The position numbers and the translations under genes are program-made. Below are positions 50,057 through 61,816 of a stretch of 64,000 nucleotides of DNA, piece by piece (positions within the stretch are counted from its first letter, which is position 1; each line of letters begins with the position of its first letter). Below the pieces are notes generated by a model. That model did no database searches. It was given only the letters and a program-made list of their open reading frames with translations, and had not been told where the DNA came from. This stretch comes from Camelus dromedarius (lineage: Eukaryota): assembly GCF_036321535.1 (NCBI RefSeq), contig NC_087437.1:87794001-87858000 (forward strand), in the 5' to 3' direction.

Positions 50057-52180
50057 GGCCAAAATGTGAGTAGGAAGATCTTGGACTTGCCTCCTTCCAC
50101 AGACAAAATAAAACTACAACTACATATAAAGCAACATCTCTGAGAATGACCTGAAAATTAGCAGAAAAGATTTTCCATGATTAAGGATAAAAAGAAAAAG
50201 CCAAACTGAAATGGGTAGGAAGGTCAGAGATGCCATCTACCTGGCACCCATACCCCCAGCATGGCAACCCACAGGTGGGAAGACTATCACAGCCACAGAG
50301 GTCCTTGAAAAATGAAGTGTCCAAACCATGCCCTGGGTTCCCCGGCCCAGGGGACCTGCACCAGGAAGACAGCTACCTGTAATGTCCAGCTTTGGAAAAC
50401 AGTAGAGCTTACATCTGGGAGAGCTGGAGGGCTGTAGGAAAATGAGACGGTTAAAGAGCATGCACTAACTCACTTGCTCCAAGTCCCAGCACAGAGGTAG
50501 CAATTTGCAAAGTGCATGGGTCATACATAACAGAGATTCATTAAATAATTTTAGTCTATGTGCTCAAGGGGCAGGGATCTGTGGGAACTTTCTCTAAGTA
50601 CAGAGGTGCTGGCAGGTGCCAGGTTTTCTTGCTCACCTTTTACCAAGCTGGCCTGGCACTGGAAACTGCCATTCTAACTCTCTCCATCTACCTTACTGGC
50701 ACTGCTCACCCCACCCCAAGTTCAAAAATAGACCCACTCTAGCCAATACTCCTCCAAAGTGACCTACCAATACACCGAGGTGCCCTCAGCTTGGATTGTC
50801 ATCCCCATAAAGCAGTTCCTGTCCCTAGGTGAGCCCCACACAACAGAGAACCTGCAAGAGTTGTAGCTAGGCCTTACAGCCAGCCACAGAAGAGGCCAGC
50901 CCCACACACTAGCATGCCCACTGCAATCACAGCCCAGCCACAACAGGAGGACATGTGCAGCCCACACAGGAGACACTCCTAAATCACTTGGCTCTGGAAA
51001 CCAAAAGGACCAGGCTTTGGGCTCCACAGGTCACCTTCTACATAAAGCCACTCCTTCAAGACCAGGAGATGTAGCTAATCTGCTTAATATATAGAAACAA
51101 AACACAGAGAGTTAGGTAAAATAAGGAGACAAAGGAATATGTTCCAAATGGAAAAATAAGACAAAACATTAAAAAAAAAAAAAAGAACTAAACAAAACAG
51201 AGATAAGCTAACTACACTACCAGACAAAGAGCTCAGTATAATAGAGTCATAGATAGGCTCCCCAAACTCAGGAGAAGAATGGAGGAACACAGTGAGAACT
51301 TCAACAAAGAGAAAATACAAAAAAGAACCCATTCAGAAATGAAGACTACAATAACTAAAATGAAAAATACACTAGAGGGAACTAACAGCAGATTTGAAAA
51401 TGCAGAAGAATGAATCACCAATCTGGAAGACAGAGTAGTGGAAATCACCCAATCAGAATAGCAAAAAAAAAAAAAGAGGATCATTTAAGGGACCTCTGAG
51501 GCAACATCAGGCATATTAACATTCACATTATAGGGCTCCCAGGAGAAGAAGAGACATGGGACAGAAAACCTATTTGAAGAAATAATGAATGAAAATTTCC
51601 CTAACCTAGCAAAGAAAACAGACAACCAAATTCAAGAAGCATAGACGGTGCCAAACAAGATGAACCAAAGAGATCCATACTATGAGAAAAAGTTAATAGT
51701 GAATCTTAAAATCATCAAGAGAAAAACAACTAGTTACCTACAGGGGAGCCCCCATACCATTATCAGCTGACTTTTCAGTAGAAACTTTATGGGACAGAAG
51801 AGAGTAGCATGACATTCAAAATGCTGAAAGGAAAAACTTGCAGTCATGTATATTCTATCTAGTAGGTTAGTATTCAGAATTGAAGAAAAGATAAAGATTT
51901 TCCCAGACGATCAAAAACTGAAGGAGTTAATCATCACTAAACTGACCTTATAAGAAATGTTAAAGGGGCTTCTTTAAATAGAAAAGATCATAACTAGACG
52001 AAAATTATGACAGAAAATGTCTCACTGGTAAAGGCAAACATAGTAAAGTTAGTGTTTCAAACAACTATGTAGATAGTGTGAAGGTTAAAAGACAAAAGCA
52101 GTAAAATCATCAATATACACAATGATTAGTTATGTGATATGCAAAGTAAAAAATATAAAATATAACAAAAACAAAAATGT
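50057..52180 (+). mobile_element. Cetartiodactyl/laurasiatherian-type L1 5'UTR plus full-length decayed ORF1 (51121-51977), no ORF2
   Basis: The 5'UTR is homologous to 12790-13250. ORF1 begins ata agg aga caa agg aat atg ttc caa atg ((M>I)RRQRNMFQM) and ends EMLKGLL* at 51977, with internal stops and frameshifts. Confidence 0.85.
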
Positions 52181-55100
52181 ATAGATAATTTTAAATACCA
52201 TTAAGAACCAATTTTAAAGATAGGCACTACAATGTTTACTGTAGTTGCCTCTGGGGATTGGGATTTTAGAACAAGATGGGCAGAAGACGTTATTTTCTTA
52301 CTACTTTAAGTCGTTTTAAGTCAGGATTGTGGATGACTTCTGTTTTGTGTTTTAAATAAATTTTTTAAAAAGGAAAACACTTTAGAACAATCAGATATTC
52401 CTGTAGTCTATATCACTATCTTTATAAGTTTATTATTTGGTCAAAAAAATTTCAGATAATCACACTGAATAATATTGCCTTTTATAAATGGTAGAAAAGA
52501 AAAAGTGATGGTTAATCAAGAAAGTATAATTTGCAAATCTATAGGCTAGCTGATACTTAGAAGCACCTAAAACTAAAATTTGTAATAAGATTTTAAAAAT
52601 AGGGCACTATTAGATTTTCCCACAATTCAAAGACCCATTCTGGTTTTATTTTATTTTCTTACTTCCCACAGTAACAATTTTTTAATTGAATTTTAGGGGT
52701 ATGTCAATATGATGATACAGTGCCAAGTTGCCATGGAGAAAGTATCCCAGAGGACTAACGCTAAAAGGCAGATAATGTTGACATTTTCTTGCTTCTGTGA
52801 ATTTTATGTTTACGTCAGCCTGAATTGTGCAAAGTTGAGCTCCAAAACTAAAAGTTTTGTAAAAATATTTTAAATGGTTTATTTGTTTAATAGTCACATT
52901 GAAATTTCTGTTCCTTTGATTTTTCAAATATCAGATACTTTTTTAAAAATCAGGCCCAATTGATTTTTCAAACTTCAATATTTGTTTTAAATACACATAT
53001 TTTAAACATGTGTGCTTGTGCATCCTACATATCTAGGGGAGAGAGAGAAATTCATTAGAGCGTATCTCACCCAGAATTTTCTAGCATCTTCTTACTTTGC
53101 ATTCCTACGTCCTAAAATATCAAATTGAGTTTGAGATTTGAATCTGTTAATAAAGAAAATAATTAATGCATATTCTAAGTTCTGATCAATTGCTATTTTT
53201 ATTATTAGATTCTAAGAGAAATTCTGAAAAATTTTTCTATAAATGTGTTAGGGTGCATAGATTCCGTAACTATAAAAAATAAATCAGTAGATATTTTGAA
53301 GAGGAAAAATGGAAAGGGGAAGATTTTTTTTTTCTCACGAAATGTCAGGAGGTTGTGTTTGTGTTAATGAGAAACATTATCTTACCAAAGAATCGTAGTA
53401 TCCTCATTTCCATTTATATAGGAAATTGATTAATACTTAACTAATTGGCACACGCAAATGGGGATTAACTAAATTCACTTTTCTTCACAACTCAATGACT
53501 GTAATTTAGATCCTTACTTAGATTTAAATCTTTTATTATTTTTGAAGGTAATCATCTTCCTGTTGTTAGAAATAAAATATCAAAGCACCATACTAATTAT
53601 AGCTTATTTGTGTCTCACAAATTAGCTAATTAACATTACTGAAAAGTAAACGTACAGTGAGCAAAGTTTAAACTCCTGAATTGGAGTCAAGCCTTTTACA
53701 CAATATAGTGATGAGATATATGCCATTGGGTCGGATATACTTTGGAGCTAATAACTATAGTTATTCAGTTTTACTTCAAAAGAATTGCTTATTCTGATGT
53801 TTCAATGCAATTACATCTGTGAACTTTTTGCAATTAGCTCTTCTAGATAGATAAGAGACATGAGGAGTTGGGAAAACTCCATCAGGAAGAACGAAGTGGC
53901 AAAGCCCTGGTAATGTACCACTAGCCAGGCTGCATCTGAAAGGCTCATACTTCAAAGAAGACCCAGCCCTTCTAAAATTCTAAAGTGCGTTCCTAATTTT
54001 TGTTTATGGAAATATTATGGTCTTGAATCATTTAGGTTACTCCAGCTTTGCATGATGTAGCCCTCATGCTACATGTAAACTCTTAGAATCCCTGGAGTAG
54101 CTTTCTCGTAGTCCAGATGTCTTGTTGAGTCAGACAGGCCTCTCACTCTAGCTACAGAAGCCCCAGACAGGGTCTCACTCTAATCAGAGAGAACCTCAGA
54201 CAAATTTGTTATATGGGCAGTTTGAGGGGGGGGTCTTCCTCTCTCACCATCCTTCTTTTCTCACTTGCAGTCTTTTCCACCTTCAAAAGACATCTTTTCA
54301 GCTGTCTCCAATGAATTATCTCATTATTTGCCATCATTCAACTGGGTAAAATGCACCAAACTCCTGAGTTGCCTTTTCTCTCCCCTATAAAAATGTACTA
54401 ATCTACTGTCCATCCCTTCACAGCCTTTCTACAGAGTTTAATAAACTAATCTGTGTTCAAGCTGACAATGGCTTAAATCAGAGAGAGTATCACTAGAGGC
54501 ATCCTGGAGAAACCTGACCTAACCAAAGTGTTCGGGGCAGATGCTGGGAACAGCAGTTCTTGAGTGGAAAGCAAGCCCTCTTACTCTCAAAATTAGACCA
54601 AATGGAAGATTGCTTCATCGTGCTTTACAATCAACTTCAGGCCTTGGAAGTTGGCTTCCCAAGTGATGCAATGCTTGTTCTAAGAAAGATGGTTTGCCTC
54701 AGATAAAGAGGAGGGCTTTAAATCATCATGTGAATGCAGAGAAAAAAAATTGTTACTGGAAAAGGAGCAAAACCTTTCATCTTTGACCCAGTGTCCCAGA
54801 GTGGAAAACATTTACTTTGAGATTCCATACACAGGTCAATGTACCACAGAAGCCAAGAGTGGTTTTTAAAAACAATAGCACTAACCATAAGCCACCCAAG
54901 AATCAGAGACACTTTTATACAGACCCGTTTCTTCCTTCACATGCTCATTTCCAAGGCCACATGGGTTGGGGGAAAATTGTGCATCCTGCTAAAGTGGTTT
55001 TCAGTGTGTATGTGAATGTGTTTTACCCTTGACATATTTTCCTATCGGTAAAAGTGAAAAAAAAAAACAACAACAACAAAAAAAAAAAAGATAGAAAGAA

Positions 55101-55226
55101 GAAAAGTCAAGGGAAAGAAAAAGTTTAACTACTGCAAATTTCAATGCATAAAGAAAACTTTCCATCAGCTTCAAACTCTAGGTAGAATGTTTAAAGAGTA
55201 AGCTTTATTTTGGTTTTTTGCACTTT

Positions 55227-55421
55227 GGGTTTTTTTTTAATTATTATTTATTATTATTATCATTTTTAGTTTTTGGGTTTGTTTTTTTGTTAATTTTTTG
55301 GTTTTGTTTGTTTGGAAGTTTATTTATTTATTTTTAATGGAGGTAATGGGGATGGAACCCAGGACCTCAAGCATGCTAATAACCATGCATTCTACCACTG
55401 AGCTATTACCCTCCCCTCTGC
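55227..55421 (-). mobile_element. tRNA-Ala-derived camelid-type SINE (vic-1-like)
   Basis: tggaggtaatggggatggaacccaggacctcaagcatgcta...tctaccactgagctattaccctcccc is the reverse complement of the 15447 SINE family. T-rich tail. TSD tttttgcacttt at 55215-55226 and 55422-55433. Confidence 0.9.
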
Positions 55422-56339
55422 TTTTTGCACTTTAAATCCCATTACCTAACTGAGGGATGTTTTGTCCAAAAGGGACATAAACAAGCCTTACTACAAAACA
55501 TCCCAACATAAAAGCTTAATTATGTACCCTACCTCTAATAAGTAACTGCTTCTTAGCCAATGCATACTGTTCATTTCTCTCAAACTTTGGCTTTATGGAG
55601 ACTTCTGTGGCCCCCACAAGTCATTCACTCTCGCTACATTGTGCCAGTATCACAGTGTTATTCTCTAGGTGTTTAATGTATTACATCTCCTCAAGTCAAC
55701 TTCTCTTTCAATCTTTTCTTTCTTTGATAGATTTTAATATAGTAACATAAAATCTAATGAATGAATGAGCAAATGTATGAGTAAAAGAATGAATGAATAA
55801 TAAATGAACCAAATTCATTTACTTCCATAAATTCAGATGAACAGTTGTTTAGATAAATGTTATCCTTTGATTTAAGACACAACTGATATGAAAATAGAAA
55901 TGAAACGCAAGTAGAGTGAATGACAGAGTCAGTTTTTAGTCAAATAATTATTTCCTCTAGGTACATATTAGGTCATTTGGAAAGTTTTTTTTCAGGCCAG
56001 TACATTGAACTAGTTATTTACTACGTAATATCATGTGAAAAAGTCATGCAACTTTTGACTCTTTTATAATCAGAGAGCAGTTAACCCCTGGAGAGTTAAA
56101 ACTTCCTTTTAGAACCATGGCAGTAATCGGCAAGAAGCTACTTTTCCAGTTTTGCAGATTTATAAGAGAAGAGGATTATCTTTTGCAAAAGTACGAAAAA
56201 TACCAAATGAACTTGTGTGGCTGGTTGGCCCATACAATGAAGCCTCCCTAGCCATTCTCATTTTAATAAAATAGTGTTTTTGAAAGAGATGATATCAATA
56301 ATACCGTAATATTTTAAGTACCTAAACTGCACTTAATAA

Positions 56340-56550
56340 ATTCAAGAGTATTATCAGTATTATCCTCTTGAAAAGTGTTATCTCATTTAATCCCTGCAAT
56401 ACATCTAATCTGAAGGTATCATAATTATCCCTAACTTACACGTGGGGAAACTAGAGGAAAAGAAACTCACTCAAGCTAATAGAAGTTAGAGCTGAAATTT
56501 GACCCCAATTCTGTCCAACTTCTGAGCTCAAGCTTTAAATCATTATAATA
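56340..56550 (-). mobile_element. MIR SINE
   Basis: ttatctcatttaatccctgcaa...attatccctaacttacacgtggggaaactagagg...agagctgaaatttgacccca. Confidence 0.75.
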
Positions 56551-56569
56551 TAGTCTCCTTCGTCATGTA

Positions 56570-56705
56570 TAACCACAAGAATGTTAGCTCCACAGGGCAG
56601 ACTTATATATCTATTTAGGACCCTGATATATCACAAGTGTTTAATTCAATGCCAATCTCACATAGTGGGACTCAACAAAGATTTGCTGAATGAAAGAATG
56701 ATAAA
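56570..56705 (+). mobile_element. L2 3' end
   Basis: gaatgttagctccacagggcagact...cacatagtgggactcaacaaagatttgctgaatgaaagaatg. Confidence 0.75.
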
Positions 56706-59700
56706 TAGTGAGGATTCCCTTACATCGACACTTGATCCTCTTGAATCAGTTGTTGACTCCGTGAAGTTGGAAGGAAGATATTAACCTGAAACAAAAAGAG
56801 CAGTTAAGATGTATGGGGTTAGTAGAGTTCCTTGTGTCAATCACATGTTTTGATAGATGCCTCATCATCTGCCTAAAGTGAAACTTTTAGAACATTGATC
56901 CCTTATGATGTCTCTCCAGGGTTCATGATAAAAGAAAGACTAAGGTCCTTTTTGCTCCTGTTAAACACATAACAACTCTTAGGGTAGGCTTAAAGTATAT
57001 AGGTATAAAATTGGGTAATCTATTAAGCACAGGACAATAAAATATCAAATAATTACTAAATTAAAAAGATATTTGATACACTGAACCAGAAGATTCATGG
57101 ACATATTCAGATTCTTTGAGCTAAAATGATCTGCTTGGTCACATTTTTCAAATAGTCTGGGTGAAATGTACTGTGCCAGGAATATTATCTCTGCTATATT
57201 TTGATTATTCCACAAAACCAAAGCATATAAACAAAGGGTGCACACATGGAATAAAGGCTGTAAGTTACCAGCAGGCTGAATGCTTTCAATCTTATAGATT
57301 ATTATTTTATATTCAGTCTACTATTGTTTGTGCAAACACACCTTGTTCCTTCTTACCTCTAGAATTTTTCTCATGTTACTCTCTTCCTTAGAATACCCTC
57401 TCTTTTCTTCAGGTAGGTATCGAACTGTACTTAAGCTCAATTAGCTCAAACCTCATTTCTGTGAAGACACTCCCAAGAAAAATGTTGAATTTAAAGTCTG
57501 AGGGCTGTCTAAGAATGAAATAACCCATCTCCTCAACTTGAATTTGTGCATAAATTTTCTGAGTGGATGTTGCAACCTAGGCTTGTACATTGCAAGAGAC
57601 AAAAATTTAAGATTCTAATTCAGGCAGATAGACTCCAAAATATAGGCATTTATCTCCAAGACGTAGGTACATAATCACATGTATGTGATTAAAAGGCATT
57701 TAAAGTGACAGAGGTACACAAAGAGCCTTCTTCGCCAGTTTACCTATGAAAGCCTCACCCAAAACCTGTGTTTCAGCAAGGCCTTAAAGAGCATGTGATG
57801 CTTGAATGAGCGGAAAGCAGCAGAAAAGGCTTTCTAGACAGGAGGAGGATTGCGTGAAAAGATTCAGAAGGGGAATACAGATAAAATTGAGTAAGTATTG
57901 GGAGGAAGCTAGATTACTGACAACAGCAGAAAAATAGGGTCATAGAGAGCTGTTGAAGAAAGAACTCCAATGCCAAATAAATGAGTTAGTACTTTTTGAA
58001 ATAGGCTTTAAGACACATTAGGCTCTTAATTCTGGTAAAAGTATGATGAAAGTGACGTTTGTTTGTCAGCAGTATTCACTTCTCCTCTTATCTCTCCATC
58101 TAAATCGTACCTTTCTTCAACTCAAAAACAAAACCACTTGGAGGTTATTTGCTGACATCATTTTGAAGACAAACATTTCCAAGAAACCAACTCCAGCCAA
58201 TAAAAATCTGAATTTAATTAAATGAGGAAAAATCAAAACTTGTGTAAAACAAAAATAAATGTTACAACTGGCACACAGTAATATAGAAAAACTCACTAAT
58301 GAAAAAACACATTTTTTTTCAGGCAATAAAACTTAGCCGATACTTATGTGGTGGAAAATCTCAACCTCCATCCACTTTGCCCATATTATAAGGTAGTTTT
58401 AATTATCAAGACTCCAGAGACTTTGCTCATGTAGGAAAATATTACTTAGACATATAGGATATCAACTTTCACCTTATATAATATAATACATAGAAGTTAT
58501 TTTCATGGGTTTTCACCATGGGAGAAAATCCTTTCAAACAAATTACTTTCCAGTTTAGAATATTTTTCTGTACATCAGTGGCCAACTCAATAATTCTCAA
58601 TGCTTTAAGAAGTGAAGCACAGGAAATTCTTTCATCTTTGAGTTGGCATGTTCCCTTTTCTACACCATAATATCGCACTTAGTATCGGTTGGGTAAGCCC
58701 AAGCTGGCTGTCCCTCTGCCCTCCACAAACCACAACCAGGAATAGATTTATCTTATTTGGGAGGCCAAGTTCAAGTAAAAGGTTCTCAGATTAGGGTCGA
58801 AGGCATTAGCAGGTTGGCAAAATTGATTGTGGTAAAACAGAAATGTCTTTTATAAAATAACATGGAAGCAAAAAAAAAAAGGTTCATTTATTTTATATTT
58901 TGGTTTAAAAATGATTTCCTCTGGGATACCAGTTCCTCACCAAATACCAATAGCACATGGTAACTAAATCCATCAAGTCAAACAGTATTTGAATCCTTTG
59001 ATTGCTTTCCCACATTCTATTTCTTTACAAAGTCAGTAAACATTGATTTATTATATAGTCTCAGAATTTTAAATTATATATTCTAAATGCCTTTATGGAC
59101 CTGAGGATGATTTTTTACATCAACCAATATTGAGATGGAATTATTCCCAGAGAGAATACTTATGTTCTACCAAGTAGTAAAATACTAAAATCTGTTTGGG
59201 GTTGGCATAAGAGTCCACACTGGTTTAAATAGAAAGCTTACTAACTGAAGTACCAAAATGGCATTGTTAAAAACCAGCTTTATGTTACATCTTAAGGAAA
59301 TGCACCTTACCTCGTATGATGTAACTATTATACAAACAATAAACCTGGCACATACTCGATAAATATTTATTCACAGAGATATTGTATGACAATGTGCAGA
59401 GGGAAAACAAAGTAAGCAATCAATCAAAGTCACACTGATATTATCTATTTTCAGGAATACTTGCATTTATTTCAGGAATATGAAGAGAAATAGAAATCTC
59501 ATTGTCCATGTGAAATGGATAAGTTATAAATTCAGGACATATTAGAAATAAAAATATGACAGAGAAGTAGACAATTTTGGCCTACAATCATTTGAACATT
59601 TGGGTTTTTTTCAGATCCTGATGGAAATTTATAGTTAACAATCAAAGGTTATTGTAGAACATATTCTAAAAATAGACTTCCTAACCCAACAATCTAGAAA

Positions 59701-60639
59701 TAGTCAGAAGTCCTCCTTACTTTATTCTGACAAAAGTGATTACACACATATTCTTATATCATTTTCAATTTAATTACATATTTTATTTTACAGACCAACA
59801 GGTCTCTCTAGTATTCCTTGGGAGAATTGTTAAATAAATAAATCTCAGGTGCAGCTGCTAAATCACCGTGGCTATATTAGAGTTCCCTATTTGAGAAGCA
59901 GTTCATTTGCAAATCAGTATCTGCAATTCAGAACATCTTTCCTTGAAATTTTCCATATGAGCTCTGTTTGCTTTCTGTGTCCATGATGTCTCAACACAAG
60001 CTTCTGCTATGGCCAATCCCTTGGGATTTTTGTGGTATCTCAGTTCTAGCTGCCCCCATTGGTTACAAGTACCATACAGACTCCACAGAAACACGCACAT
60101 GAATCTTCCATTACATTCCCTTGAAGAAACCCTGGGAAAATTCTAGTGGAAACCACTGCTTTAGCATCTTCAATCAAAACCATTTGAAATAACAGTATGT
60201 TGAAAGCTATGAAAGGATATTATTTTTACAAAAAGACTTCTAAACAGAGCAATATTGGCAAAGGAAGTAGAAACATAATTTGTAGTTTTTAAGAACTACC
60301 TAATACATTTAAAAATAAATAGGGGGACAAGGTTTTCCAGAGGACAGGGATTTATAAAACTTTTCAACTGACAGGAAAGTTTGAGTTGGATAGGATAGGG
60401 GGAAAAAAGTTAAACTTGCCAACTAGGGCAGCCTTAACAACTTGAAAGAGGGACATTAATAAAGATTATTTAAAGGTAAAAATCATCAGATCTTTTCTCC
60501 TGTGTTTACCAGCTACCAGTAAATTTGCCTACTAAGGAAGCACTAGAAATTTTTAAGACAATATAAGTGAAAAACAAACGTTTGGTGGTAGAATCAAAAG
60601 ATCTTCCCTTTGTATTCCTCTTGAAACCATCAGATACCA

Positions 60640-61325
60640 AGTTATTGAGGCCAGATCCTCAGAATTCATCCTAGACTCTCATCACCCCCTACATTTTATA
60701 AATCATCAAATTTTTAAGTAGCTTCATTCTATCTCTCATATCCCACATCCTTAAAGAATTCCCTCTGCCGTTGCCTACATTATCAATATTTTTCACTTAC
60801 CTCTTTTTTCATCGCTGCACCTCCTTCTTTCTCTAAATTTATATCTTCAGTATTTTTTTATTTTAAATAAGATCGTATCACTCTGATGTTTAACATTCTT
60901 CAGAAGTCCATATCCTGCAGGATAAGGTCTAATCTCTTTGCACTGGTGCCCGGCAGTCTGCCCTCCTGCCTAAGTCAATCTCATCCTTCATTTCTCTCCC
61001 GTGGGCATCTTCTAAACATATTGAGCTTATGATGTTTTCCCAAAGACATAATGTTTTTGTGTCTTGGAAAAAAGATTTTTTTTCCTCTTTCTCTTCTCCC
61101 TACTAATAAATATGCAGTTCAATTGTTACCTCTTCTTTGAAGCCTCCTGACCCCACTCATGCCAAACTTCATGCTCTTTCCTCTGTCATAACACATTTCA
61201 CGTTGTAATGACCCATCATGTGTCCTCCCCCTCACCACACCGTGAATGCCTCAAGATCAGGAATTATTTCCTGTGTGGTTTTGTCTGTAAATGTGCGAGG
61301 ACTGCAGTAGTTGTCTGTTAAATAG
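60640..61325 (+). mobile_element. Decayed L2 3' portion
   Basis: atcctagactctcatc...caggataaggtctaatctcttt...gttacctcttctttgaagcctcctgaccc...gtgaatgcctcaagatcaggaattat. Confidence 0.6.
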
Positions 61326-61356
61326 GGTCCTAAAATTGAAGGAGTGAAGTCAGTGT

Positions 61357-61816
61357 TGCCTTAGGTCCAGTTGCCTTGAAGCAGAGCCTGGAATTGGAGT
61401 TCCAGACAAGAGATTCACTGGGGAAGTGCTCTCAGGAGAAACCAATAGGGCAGCAAGGAAACAGGACATGGAAAGAAGTTAAGCAAAGATGTGGTTTTAG
61501 TTGAGTCTTCGGTTCAGCCTGAGCCCATTGGAAACTCTGGAGCATGAATGGCTTACTGGGATGTATCCCTCTGAACCCACGGGCCTGGCTTTTTGGACCT
61601 CTTTGTTAGCTGTTGGTTGCACTCTGCCAAGGGTTGGAAAGCATTAATGCAGGGAAGCATCTGCATCTCCAGGCCAGCAGCTAATGTCAGCCCAGGGAGA
61701 TCAACTCTCTATAAAGGGAAATAACTGTGAGCCTCTCGTAGCCAACACTTTACTGCAGCAGAACCACGGGTCCTTGCACCTGAGAGCAATCTGGGTCAAA
61801 CACCACCAGCTTCTAC
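61357..61816 (-). mobile_element. LTR16A-like ERVL solo LTR
   Basis: ttaggtcc...gaagcagagcctg...gtgctctcaggagaaacc...aagcaaagatgtggt...ctctggagcatgaat...ctgtgagcc...gcagc...atctgggtc matches the reverse complement of the recalled LTR16A. Confidence 0.8.

Noticed and set aside
57395..57420. ctctcttttcttcag|gtaggt and similar plus-strand AG|GT motifs (near 18790, 32195, 47385)
   Set aside because: Several lie in pyrimidine-rich L2 relics, and such motifs are expected by chance in 64 kb of AT-rich DNA.
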